DNA of 64,000 nucleotides from Methanomassiliicoccaceae archaeon (lineage in GTDB: Archaea > Thermoplasmatota > Thermoplasmata > Methanomassiliicoccales > Methanomassiliicoccaceae), in assembly GCA_963728405.1 (NCBI GenBank), contig CAVSJV010000018.1, positions 1 through 64,000 of the forward strand. The letters run 5' to 3'. The notes under the pieces were generated by a model that saw only the letters and a list, made by a program, of their open reading frames with translations, made no database searches and was not told the DNA's origin. Shown in pieces: positions 22,311 through 33,444 of this stretch. The position numbers and the translations under genes were made by a program. Position 1 is the stretch's first letter; each line of letters begins with the position of its first letter.

Positions 22311-22342
22311 ATGGTCTCGGGTTCAAATCCCGCTGCTGTCCA
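22110..22342 (+). mobile_element. Two degenerate att-like remnants
   Basis: 22110-22228 resembles the reverse complement of 20221-20330; GGGTTCAAATCCCGCTGCTGTCCA at 22319-22342. Confidence 0.5.
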
Positions 22343-22343
22343 A

Positions 22344-24926
22344 TCAGGTTCTCGTTGGGATGGAGAAATAGAAGGTCGAGCCTTCGCCCGGTTTTGATTC
22401 GAACCAAATGCGCCCGCCATGCCGTTCGATGATCTTCTTGCTTATCGCCAGCCCCATACCCGTTCCCTCGTACTCGTCCCTAGTGTGCAATCGTTGGAAC
22501 ATCTGGAACAGGCGGTCCTTGTATCGGGGGTCGATGCCGATACCGTTGTCGGCGACGGCGAAGACCCAGTCCCGGCCATCCTCGTGCGCGGAGATGTGGA
22601 TCTGGGGCGCCTCCTCACTACGGTACTTGATGGCGTTGCCGACGAGGTTCTGCAATAGCTGGGCCATCTGTCGCCGGTCCGCGGTTACTGAAGGTAGTGC
22701 TTCATTTGTTACCGAGGCCCCGCTCTCCTTGATGCCCATCCTCAGGTCCCTCAGAACAGTGACTAGCACATCGTTCATATCCACCATGGAGAGCTCATTG
22801 CCCTTCGTCTCCACTCGGGAGTAAGCGAGGAGGTCATCGATCATCCCCGCCATTCTCTTGGCGCCATCCAGAGCGTAGTGCACGTACTCTTTCGATTTAG
22901 GATCCAGCTTGTCCTTGTTATTCTTCTCCAAAAGACCGAGGTAGCTGGTAACCATTCTCAATGGCTCTTTCATGTCGTGCGAAGCGACGTAGGCGAACTG
23001 TTGCAGCTCGGTATTGGAGCGCTTGAGGTCCCTCTCCAGGTCCCTCAACTCGGAGATGTCCTGGGCCGTTACCACGGCGCCGATGATCTTGCCCTCTGAG
23101 TTCCTGATCGGCGCAGCGGTGTTGATTATGGTCGCGCGCTTGCCGTCGAAGCGCTCGATATCGATGACCTCGCCGACGATGGTCTCGCCCCTGAGCAACG
23201 CTCGGGCCATGGCCCAGTCCTCCGCCCTGTACCGTTCGCCGGTGTTGGGCCGCCAGCCCTTTAACACAGCGTACCGTTCGATGCCGTCGGGCAGTGGCAT
23301 ATCCATGCCCCAGACCTGCTGCATTGACTCGTTCCTCTCCACGACATTGCCGCTGGCATTGGCTAAAGCCACCCCGACCGGCAAGGTCTCCAGTATGGTA
23401 CGCAGGCGAGCGCGTTCATCCTCCACGGTTCGTTGCACCCGCCTGATCTCGGTGATGTCGGCGGAGGTGGTCGCATAACGGTCCTTATCGATGGGGAAAT
23501 AGGAGATCAGGTAGTCTCGATCGCCGTAATGGGTCTCTTGGCTGACGGGCGTCCTCGAAGCTTGCATTTGGCGGATAATCGGGATGGTCTTCTCTGAGAA
23601 GTCCCGTCCTATGAGCTCGGACCTCAGCATTCCCAGTACCTTCTCTGGTGGTTCGGCCCCGTAGTTCTTCAAGGTTTGCGAATTGGCCTCCTGCAGGCGG
23701 GCGTCGATCAGTTCATTCTCATCGTCCCAGACATACTCCCAAATGGCCACCGTTCCCTGGGCGTTCTCGAGAAGGCTGCGGTACTTGGCCTCGCTCTCGC
23801 TCAGCGCGTTCATGGCCCGTTTCTGCTCGGTGATGTCCATGATCGTGGCCACCCGGGCCGACCGTCCGTGGAGCTCCATGGTCCGGGCCTTGATCTGCAC
23901 CGTACGCAGCTCGCCGTCCTTTAGCCTCAACTTGGTCTCGTAGCGTTCCACCACCGGCTGTCGGATCGCCTCCCTGACCGCAACATGAGCTTCCGGGGGG
24001 AAGAAATCGAGAACGGGCCGTCCAATGACCTCGTCCCTCGAATAACCGGTCTGCTCAATGGCCGCCTGGTTCACGTCCAGGATCATGTCGTCGGCATGGA
24101 TCACGATGGCCTCGAAGGTAGCCCCGGAAAGAATGCGAAAGCGCTCCTCGCTCTCCTTGAGCGCGTCCTCCGTCCTCTTACGGTCGGTGATGTCCCTGGC
24201 CATACCAACGATCCCGACCACTCTGCCATCCTGGTCTCGGTACGGTGTCTTGGTCGTGAGAAAGGTACGGTACCCCCGCGGCGTTTGCACCCGTTCTTCC
24301 AGCACCTCTCCGACGCCGGAGTCCATGATGCGGCGGTCGATGGCCATGAGGTTATGGCCGACCTCAGGGTCGTCGTATATCTCGGTATCGTTCTTGCCGA
24401 GCACCTCTTCGAGCGGTTTTTCCACGACCTGCAACAGGGCCGGATTGGCCAGCAGAAACCTGCTATGCCGGTCCTTTCAGGAACACCGGGTCGGTCGTGG
24501 TCTCCAGGACCGCTTTCAGGAGGGCTTCGCTCTCGCTCAGCTCCCTGGTGCGTTCCTGCACTCTTTGATTCAAGCTCCTCGTTCAACCTTTCGATGCTTC
24601 TCTCGGTGCGCTTCCTTTGGATGGCCAGGTATGCCATCAACCAGATGAGAAACAAGGCGATGGCACGGTTGTAGTAGCTGTTGTAGGCGACGCCGCCGGA
24701 GGGGGAGATCAGGTAGCCGAGGGGTACGAGGACGCTGCATATTATGGCGACAGCATAGGTCATTCGCTCGCTCTTGGAGAGGAATGGTCAAACCCACCGG
24801 AATGGTGTACAGCACGCCGATCCCCAGCCCTACGGGCGTGAGTGCATCGATGGCCAGGATCGCCGCGAACGAGGCTAGGCAGGCTGCTAGGACGAGCTAG
24901 TCCCTCGTTCGATCTTCCGGCCTCAT
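22344..24926 (-). CDS. Membrane multi-PAS sensor histidine kinase; frameshifted, in-frame TAG at codon 10
   Basis: 22344..24434 PAS-PAS-PAS-PAS-HisKA-HATPase; TM N-terminus in 24101..24763 and upstream. Confidence 0.8.
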
Positions 24927-25285
24927 GTCCAGGGGCTCCTCGTTATTCCTATGCGCATTCATTGGTGAGTTCCAGTCATCGCTTGCCTAGATACCGTCCA
25001 CCATTCCATTGGGCGATCCTACTTGGACCCTATCCCGGATCGTCCCATAACCGCGAATTGATGAATTTCGGTCGTCCCGACCTCAGATGTTCGCAACCCT
25101 TTGATCGGGGTTGCGCTCCGACCCCATTACTATTGGGCTAGCATGTATCTCCATAGAACTATATCCGCGATGGCCTAAAATCCCCGGAGAAAATGAAGGA
25201 TGGACCTTCTTGGAGGGTCCGGTGGAGGCTCGATCGGGGAGTCGCCCCCTCGCTCAGGTCGTTCTCCTGCTCAGCGTACCAGGAT

Positions 25286-26113
25286 CTAGGCCCGGTCCAG
25301 ACGGTTCCACGGGTGGAAATCCTGCTCTATCCACTTGTCGGTCCTCTGTCGGGATCGGACGGATGATCCCAGGTTGTTCCCGAGGTCACGACCGGGATGG
25401 GGGCAATTCAAAGCGATACTGGCTGTAGCCACCGCCCCTGGAATCAATGCTGGATAGTAAGTAGCCTTTGGAACACCCATTACTATCGATGCATATATTG
25501 GTGTGAATACCAAGTTCTTTAGCGTCAAGCTTATCATAACAGCTGCAGCGACACCATAGATGCCCCATCCGAGGACCAAAGCAAGCGTGAACGCGAGCAC
25601 AAGATTTCCAACACCCGTTATTAATCGCATGATGTGGCAATCTGACCTTGTTGAAATCGACATTGACCTGAAACAGAGGCATCACCGCCGTGTTGATTAC
25701 TAGGTGGAAGGTCAGAAGGACCACAAGGGGGGCAGGTCCACATACTGTACACCTACCCAGACGCTAGGAATTGAAGGTGCGAACCCACAAAGCAGACCAA
25801 TTGGTAGCGCGAGCCCAATTCCTGTCAATTTTACTGCGCTCTTTGATATCGAAACGAGCTTTCCCCTTTGCTCATTTGCATACGAGATGAGGACAATCGG
25901 ACCAATGATCGAAATGAATGTCGCGGCCAATCATCTCAGGAGGATGACCCACTGGAAGGCGATCGCATATTCTCCGCCAGCAGCATTGCCGTAAAGATAA
26001 TTGACAACCATGAGGTCGATGTTCAGAAGCAGTAATGCTCCAACGTCATTAACGATAATCCGTCCGCCCATCTGGGCCATCTCACGGAATTTTTCTCCGT
26101 TATCAGTATGCAA
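25286..26113 (-). pseudogene. Truncated polysaccharide flippase/MATE-like fragment
   Basis: Four short frames (NIDLMVVNYLYG...AAGGEYAIA; GWGIYGVAAA); N-terminal half absent. Confidence 0.7.
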
Positions 26114-26453
26114 ATTTTATTGAGAGCGTTCCATTCGACCTCCTAAATATCAAATACGCCGCGATGGTGGCCACCGCGCTGTGGGGCGGATACCCCCAAT
26201 TCCTGAGGATGGGCCCATGTTATCCTTAGAAAAGCGAACAAAGCTCCGATCTACGAGCATCATCGCGGCCAGGGTATCCCGGTCGGCCGGGGCCGTGGAG
26301 CGAGAAAGTAAGGCGATCGCTCGCTTGAATATCTCATCTCATTTTACTATTTCGATGAATCTAATGCTCTTCGCCCCGAAAACCGCCACGGGAGGAAATT
26401 AACCATATAATCTAGCGCCTGGAATTCAGTATCATAGCCCGGGAGTGCATGGA

Positions 26454-26594
26454 ATGATAACGGAACTGTTCGTCATCTTCGTGATCCTGCTGATCATCAT
26501 GGTCATCTTAGGGGTGGCCAGGATCGCGGTCCGGTTCGTGATATGGTTGATCATCATCTTCGCCATTCTGGCCATCATCTCGTTCTTCCTCTAA
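26454..26594 (+). CDS. Small 2-TM membrane protein (46 aa)
   Basis: MITELFVIFVILLIIMVILGVARIAVRFVIWLIIIFAILAIISFFL; not in the ORF track. Confidence 0.65.
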   Translation: MITELFVIFVILLIIMVILGVARIAVRFVIWLIIIFAILAIISFFL

Positions 26595-26779
26595 CGAGCG
26601 GAGCACGAAAAACCCCTTTCCATCTTTTATTGACATCATTGGCACCGTCCGTCTATTCTCGTCCCAGCGCTCGATGGCGAGATAAGCGCCTTCCGGACCG
26701 GTTGTACACCTCTCTCCCAGCAACTTCGACGGCACAGCTTTTTATATCATTCTCTGTCCTGAAAATACCAGGTGTAAAT

Positions 26780-26968
26780 ATGGAAATGAACCCCATCATA
26801 GCAGTGATCGCCATTATCTTCGGAATAATTGTGATCGTTGTCCCCGCCGTCCTGGGCTGGATCGTGGGCATCGTCTTCGTCCTGGCGGGCCTGTATCTGC
26901 TCATCGAATACTTCAACAAGCCCAAGACGGCCCAGCAGGCGCAGCAGATGAAGGAACCGAAGAAGTGA
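26780..26968 (+). CDS. Small 2-TM membrane protein (DUF3096-like)
   Basis: MEMNPIIAVIAIIFGII...; GGTG RBS and TTTTATAT upstream. Confidence 0.7.
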   Translation: MEMNPIIAVIAIIFGIIVIVVPAVLGWIVGIVFVLAGLYLLIEYFNKPKTAQQAQQMKEPKK

Positions 26969-27856
26969 AGAGGGCGGACCGACTCGTCAACTGTTAGGTC
27001 ATAGGGCGGTCATCCGGTGTCGGCGTTCCCAGGGATGATCGCCTTGCCTCGGCACTATAGCTAGGGCGGTCCGGTAATGAGACCATGGGGCTTCTGGGGA
27101 AGAAGCCCCTACCTTTTCATCTTTTTCGTTGGTCTTCGACTGAGCTACAGCTACCCGAGGAACGCCTCGTAGATGAAGCTCCGAGGCGCGGAAGCAGAGC
27201 CTTCTCAAACCTAATGAAATGGGGGCGAGAAGGATTATTTATCGTTCCGACACCAGGACGGTCTGGTCAGAAATAAGGAAGGCCGGTCCTGGACCTGTGG
27301 GCTAGAGATCCTCCGATGGATGGGCGTATTGCTGTGAGCCCATGGGGTGAAGGGAGGAGACATCTAACCATATGCTATCGCCGGGACCGGGGGTCGGACG
27401 CAGATGCTGCAGGGAAAAGCTCAATACCAGGCCACGCGACGTTGCAAGGGGTGCGTGGATGACCTACACCCTAGGCAACGACATCGACATCGGCTGGAGC
27501 CGATGGGGCTGCGACCATCTCGTGGTGCCGGGGGGCCTCATGACCTTTGAAGGCTACCAGTAGATCATTTCGTCCAGGCGGTCCAGGCTTAAGCACCCAG
27601 CGGAGGTGACGACGCCCTCTATGAAGCTCGGTCTCTGCTGCCAGTTCTATGGCCCATGGGGAGGTGCCCGCTGGGTGCAACGGCCGTTTGTAATCGGTCA
27701 CTGGATAATGCTGTCGATGGGCCGGGCCAGCTAGGCTACCGAGGATGGTATGTGTCCGAAAGTGAGTTATTTTATCGAACAAGTCGAATCGGATAGTCGA
27801 GGTCGGGCGTGGCCAGTTTTATTAATAGTGGGGTTGGCCTGATGAGCACGCTAAGC

Positions 27857-28435
27857 TCATCCTAACGACCTGAACGACCATTCACCAAAGCCGGACCACC
27901 TCGTATCGAATGACAGGCCGCCTTCAATGGCCGTCTTGCAAGACAAATTCCATTCTGGCCGGTAATGGCTCCTCATCGCATCCGGTGTGTCAATATGGCC
28001 GTCCTTTTTGCCCCCGGTCAATGAAGCGAGTTTCTTCTTCAGCCAGCGACCGGTGGCGGCCATATCCTCCAGATCAGAAGGCTTGATGCAATAGTCGGTC
28101 ACGCCCAAGCTTCTTGCTCTCACCTCATCTTCCTTGTTCAACGAACCGGTCATGACCACCACGGGGATGGAGCGAAGTTTGGGAGAGGACTTCATATTTG
28201 CCAGTACATCAAAACCATGGACCTTGGGGAGGTTGAGGTCCAGGATCACGAAGTCGGGCGTGGGGTCATTGGAGTGACCGTCCTCCTGGTTCAGTATGTC
28301 CAGGGCCTTCTTCCCGTCCTTGGCCACGATGACGTTCAGAGGGATGCCGACCTCATCCAATAGTTCAGTGATGAGCATGGCGTCCGCTGGATTGTCCTCG
28401 ATTATCAATACCTCTAGTTGCTTCGTTGCGTTCAA
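27857..28435 (-). CDS. Response regulator (Rcp1-like receiver)
   Basis: LIIEDNPAD, LDLNLPKVHG, KP; overlaps the upstream HK stop. Confidence 0.88.
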   Translation of the reverse strand: MNATKQLEVLIIEDNPADAMLITELLDEVGIPLNVIVAKDGKKALDILNQEDGHSNDPTPDFVILDLNLPKVHGFDVLANMKSSPKLRSIPVVVMTGSLNKEDEVRARSLGVTDYCIKPSDLEDMAATGRWLKKKLASLTGGKKDGHIDTPDAMRSHYRPEWNLSCKTAIEGGLSFDTRWSGFGEWSFRSLG

Positions 28436-30405
28436 CTTCTCGCCTCCTTGGGTATGGTGAAATAAAAGATTGTTCCGCTCCCCGGCCGGGAATTGAACCA
28501 TATCCTACCCCCATGGCGTTCAACTATCTTCTTGCTTATGGCCAGACCGATGCCGGTGCCGTCATACTCTTCTCGAGAATGCAATCGTTGGAACAGCACG
28601 AAGATCTTGTCCTTGTACTCTGGATCGATACCTATGCCGTTGTCTCGGATGGAGAAGAGCCACTTGTCGCCATCATCCCTACCAGAGATGTGCACCGTGG
28701 GTGATTCCGCCCCATGGAACTTGATGGCGTTGCCGATGAGGTTCTGCAGCACTTGGGCCATCTGCAACTCATCCGCCAGGACGGTCGGGAGAGGGTCATG
28801 AGAGACAACGGCGTTCTCGTCCTTGATCCGAACCGCTAGGTTAACGAGGACCGCTTCAAGGACCTTGTCCAGGTTCGTATCCTGGAACGGCTTCCCTTGG
28901 GTATCGACCCTGGAGAATTCCAGCAGGTCCCGCACCAGGTCCTTGGCCCGCTTCCCGCCCTCTACGGCGTAGTCCATGTACTGCTTCGCTTTGCCGTCCA
29001 GGCGGTCGCCGTACTTGCTTTCAAGGAGGCCAAGGTATACGGTAATCATCCTCAGCGGTTCCTGGAGATCGTGCGACGCGGCGTAGGCGAACTGCTGCAG
29101 TTCATTGTTCGATCTCAGTAACTTTTTGGAATACACTTCCGTTTCAGCTAGCAAACGGTCCCTATCTCTTTGAGCCTTAACCTGCTCGGTGACATCGATC
29201 GATAATGCGACCGAGGCCACGATGTTGCCGTGGGGGTCGTACACCGGAGCGCTGCTCCCGTTGATGAAGACCTTATTTCCATCGGGTCGCAATACCGCGG
29301 CCATTTCATTTCTTATTACATCGCCCTTGAGGGCCCGGACCAAGGGATACTCCTCAGTATGGTACGAGCGACCGTCCAGATGACGCCTGGCCAATCGGGT
29401 GTAATCGACGAATCCTTTGATATCCGTCGGTTTGAACCCGAGGCCATAGATCGATTCGATCTCGTCATTGGCGAAAAGGATCTCTCCTGAACGGGCGTCT
29501 GCCACCATGATGCCCACCGGCATCTGGTTGAGGATCGCCTCCAGACGAGCCTTCGTCTCTTCCAGCTCTTCCTCCACCATCTTGCGCTCGGTGATGTCCG
29601 TCGACAGGATGAAGATGCCCTCCGGCACCGGCGAGATACGCAGATCGAACCATCCCACGGTCCCGTCGGGGAAAGTAAACTCGTTCTCCATGTCCTGGGG
29701 CGTTCTTTGCTCCATACACTGCCGCAACACGGCAAATACATGGGTGGATTCAATACCTGGCCACATGTCCGTGTACCGATTGCCCAGCAGCTCCTCCTTA
29801 GACCTCTGGTTATGCCGCTCGGCCGCATCATTTATGTAAATGTACCGCCAATCGTGGCCAATCGATCTGGCACCCCTCCATCATGTTGTCCAGGGTGCCT
29901 CGGAACCGCTCCTCGCTCTCTCTGAGCGCTTCTTCCGCCCTCCTGCGGTCAGTGATGTCATCGAAGATCGTATAGGCCTGATAAGGCTGGTCCTCGCCCG
30001 GCATGAACAATGGCACGGCCGTGATACTGATCCAGCGATACGTTCTTCTAGGGGATTGTAAACACCCATGACGACATCTTTTATCTCTTGACCGGTCCGC
30101 AACGCCACCATCGCCGGATGTTCCTTACCCAAGAATGGTGAGCCGTCAGCTCGCAAGGTGTCATGTTCCACGCTTTCGGAGGTCTGGTCCAGGAACTCCG
30201 CTGGGGACCTACCGAGGATGTGCTCGGCAGCCGGGTTCATAGAGATGATCCTGCCGTCCACATCCTGGAAGACCACGCCCTGGAGCATGGTGTCGAACAG
30301 CGATCTAGACTGGTATTCGTTCAAACCAACAGATGCTCGCTCATTATCAGTATGAGACGTCATTTGGATGTTCCAGCCATTGCTTCCACGAGAAGGGTGG
30401 TACAT
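28432..30405 (-). CDS. Multi-PAS sensor histidine kinase, frameshifted
   Basis: 29881..30405, 29828..30016 and 28432..29766; ASHDLQEPL. Confidence 0.85.
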
Positions 30406-30794
30406 TTATCATTGTAAGATGGTTCTTAAACCCTATTCCCGAAGCGCCCCGAACAATGGAATCATTGATATTATACTTCGTGGGCTTTTTAGGAAAAAGA
30501 TTGGTAGGTTCGTTTGACCATGATCACTATTTCAATGGGCAGACCGCTGAAAGATATGGATGGCCGGCTGTAGAATTAGTAATAGGCTGTGTTATTTTTT
30601 GCTATGGAGCAACATTTTTCAGAGCTATCTATAGCCCCCGCATGGTAGTTCGTAGTAGATATGATACTATTTTGATACCCCCTTGCCCGAGTTTAGCACG
30701 GCGGGCCACCTCCCTAACATTACTTTGAGATTGCTGCAAAATATTGTATCTGGCCACGCTCGACCTCGATCACCTAGCTCATTGCTAAATAAAA

Positions 30795-30910
30795 AGAGCA
30801 AAGGGGTTCGATCTATTTTTCATAACTTTGAACGATCGCTTTGTACCGAGGACGGTACGATCAAGGAGTTGGCTGGTCAGTTGGATGGTTTAAAATCCCG
30901 CTCTGCCCCT
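30795..30910 (+). mobile_element. Degenerate element-end/att-like remnant
   Basis: Collinear similarity with the reverse complement of 20221-20330 (…GCTTTGTAC-GGACGGTAC…AATCCCG). Confidence 0.6.
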
Positions 30911-31385
30911 CAATGGCTCAGGCAGCATCGACCGCGTGGAGCGAACCTCCCATACCGGCCACCTCATCTTCCGGACCTTCTCTTCGGGCCGTATCGAGGC
31001 AAAAACCTTGGCGGGCGCTCTCCATTGGGCGAGATCGGTGGACCCTACGGGTGCGGGATCTATCTCGACTTGGTCTTGGGGGGCATGAACAAGGTTGCCA
31101 CCAGCCCAAAGGCTATGACTACAATGAAGCCGAGTGTGGCCGCCAAACTTTTTAAAGTCCCCGAGGTGACTTCCCCTACCGTTCCACTTGCCAATGAGAA
31201 ATAAAATCCCGATGCGATCTCTAGAAGTTCAGACCACATTCTCCATCATCCCATCCCAGTATGCCTATTCCAGCCCATCGTTATTTTACATTTTCTGAAC
31301 GAATGGCAAAAAGGAGCTCTCGGTCGGCCCCATCAATGATTATATACACGATGAGGTCAAGACGTTCATCACCGAGGTGAAGAAC

Positions 31386-31541
31386 ATGGGAACGATAGAA
31401 AAGACCAAGGAGAGGGCCGAAGAGGAAGAGACCAAGGCGAAGGGCAAGAAGGCCGAGGCCGAGGTCCAGGAAACAGGTGCCAATGCGGTAAAGAAGGTCG
31501 CCGAGACGGCCGAGGACTTAAAGAAGAAGATCCTCAAGTGA
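31386..31541 (+). CDS. Small hydrophilic K/E/A-rich protein (LEA/CsbD-like)
   Basis: MGTIEKTKERAEEEETKAKGKKAEAEVQE...; GAGGTGA RBS. Confidence 0.7.
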   Translation: MGTIEKTKERAEEEETKAKGKKAEAEVQETGANAVKKVAETAEDLKKKILK

Positions 31542-31748
31542 CGAAGACAAGTCGATACTTCGTCAAGCCTCTATTTTCCCATTTTTCGCTTCCCAATAGG
31601 ATTGCAGACCGATCGCTCCATGATCATTTTCAGAACGATCACGGTACTGGATCAGTGAGCTAGATGCGCGAGCAGGAAGGATCGTCCGAACCTCGTGCGC
31701 TCGCTCTAGAAGTAATAAAAAAGAACGCCCCGTGCGCCGGGGAAGTGT

Positions 31749-32064
31749 TCAAGGCTGGTCGGTGGCGAACACCGAGCTCAAGGCCGCTATGTCGGCGTTG
31801 AGCTGGACGACATCGGCGACATGCTTCACGTATGAAGGGGAAGGTTCACCTTGGCCGTGCGCAGCATCGGCTTCTTGACGTTCAGCTCATCGACCACGTC
31901 CTTGTTCAGTTCGACGACCAGGGCCGACACGCTCCAGGTGCCCATGTCTATCCAGGCACCCTTCAGCCTGCCGATGTTCCTTCCGTCGTTGGTGATGACG
32001 TCCCGATCTCCTATGCAGCCCATCTCCAGGGGCTTTGCGGTGGTGGCCGTAGGGGTCTGTTGCA
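31749..32064 (-). CDS. PRC-barrel domain protein, frameshift near 3' end
   Basis: DVITNDGRNIGRLKGAWID...VKHVADVVQL. Confidence 0.75.
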
Positions 32065-32256
32065 TTGGTATCCTCAAGATCACGTTGGACAGCCGACCGT
32101 TCATAAGGCTTTCCTGCGTTTCCAGCGTCAAGTATCCGGTCGGGCGACGCCCTCATCGATGGGCCAGTGAAGAAGAGGATCAAGCCGCCCCAGCGGAACA
32201 GGTTGATGATGCTGGCAGAAAGGAGTTATGATGTGAGCGCCTGGTGCGGTGGACTA

Positions 32257-32716
32257 CTACGCGTCCATATTGGGTTCGGGGGCCCGCACCACCAGCACCG
32301 GACAGGAGGCGTGCCGGACCACCTTCTCCGCTACGCTGCCCATGAGGAGATGGGACAGGCCGGTACGACCGAGCGAGCCCATGACTATGAGGTCGTAGTC
32401 CTTGGACGCCGTGATGATCTCGTTGGCCGGGCTGCCCTCAATGACCAGGGTCTTGACCAAGATGCCCTTCCCCTTCCCCGTCCTGACGGACCTGATCGAC
32501 GGCCGCGTTGGCCCCCTCCTCCAGATACGAGTACACATCGGGAAACCCGATGCCCTGATTCACATAGGCCATGGAGCCCATATCCACTATGCTCAGGGCG
32601 GTCACCTCCGCGTTCATGAGCTTGGCCAGCTCCAGACCCTGGGCAGCCGCTACCTTGACGTTCTCGCTTCCATCGGTGGGTATGAGGATCCGTTTAAAGA
32701 TGTTCATATCGACCAT
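32257..32716 (-). CDS. uspA: Universal stress protein, frameshifted
   Basis: RILIPTDGS; LIVMGSLGRTG...GSVAEKVVRHASCPVLVV. Confidence 0.88.
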
Positions 32717-32861
32717 GTGAACGCCATACTCGATAGATACCGAGTTCGGTTACAGTCCCACCTGCAGGAATGATCGACCCATGGTGGGTCGACCAAAGCC
32801 ACGAATGCTAGCGTTCCAGATGGTACGAGCACACCATCGTTCATCGACCCCCGAGGGAGCG

Positions 32862-33030
32862 TCAAACATCCCTCCATCGTGATTTCTTGAGGCCTATCCA
32901 CAGGAACACCAGGGTTACGGCCACCAGCACGATCCAGTCGGCCACGAACGCGACCGTGGTCACCGCTATGGAACCGCCCAGGCTTTGGGCTATCTGGGCG
33001 GCGTAGGTGGTCGGGGAGAATTCCACTATG
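32862..33030 (-). pseudogene. C-terminal remnant of an ABC-2-type permease-like membrane protein
   Basis: FSPTTYAAQIAQ...WIVLVAVTLVFLWIGLKKSRWRDV; no own start. Confidence 0.45.
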
Positions 33031-33036
33031 AATGTT

Positions 33037-33444
33037 TTAGCGGTTACACGTCCGCTCACCAAGGAGGATCTCCTTGAGCGTGACGGCCAACTGCTCCATC
33101 TCCTCAACGGTCATGGGCTTGACGAGGTAGCAGACCACGCCGTTCTTCTTGGCAATTTCCCTATCCTCCGGGGACGAGGAACCGGTCAATATGATTACTG
33201 GCGTCCTGCCGACGATACCGCGCTCCTCGATCAGGTCCAGCAACTGATGACCGCTGAACAGGGGCAACTTGAGGTCCAGGAGAATGAAGTCCGCACTGTT
33301 CGATCCTAAGTACTCTAACGCCGTCTCGCCATTGCTCAGCCAGACCAGTTCATATTCTAATCCAGTATCGGTCAGTATCTCCTGAATGAGATGGGCATCG
33401 CTCCTGTTGTCCTCGATGAGCACGAGCCGAAGAGGTTCATTCAT
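33037..33444 (-). CDS. Response regulator (single receiver)
   Basis: LIEDNRSD, LLDLKLP, KP. Confidence 0.9.
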   Translation of the reverse strand: MNEPLRLVLIEDNRSDAHLIQEILTDTGLEYELVWLSNGETALEYLGSNSADFILLDLKLPLFSGHQLLDLIEERGIVGRTPVIILTGSSSPEDREIAKKNGVVCYLVKPMTVEEMEQLAVTLKEILLGERTCNR

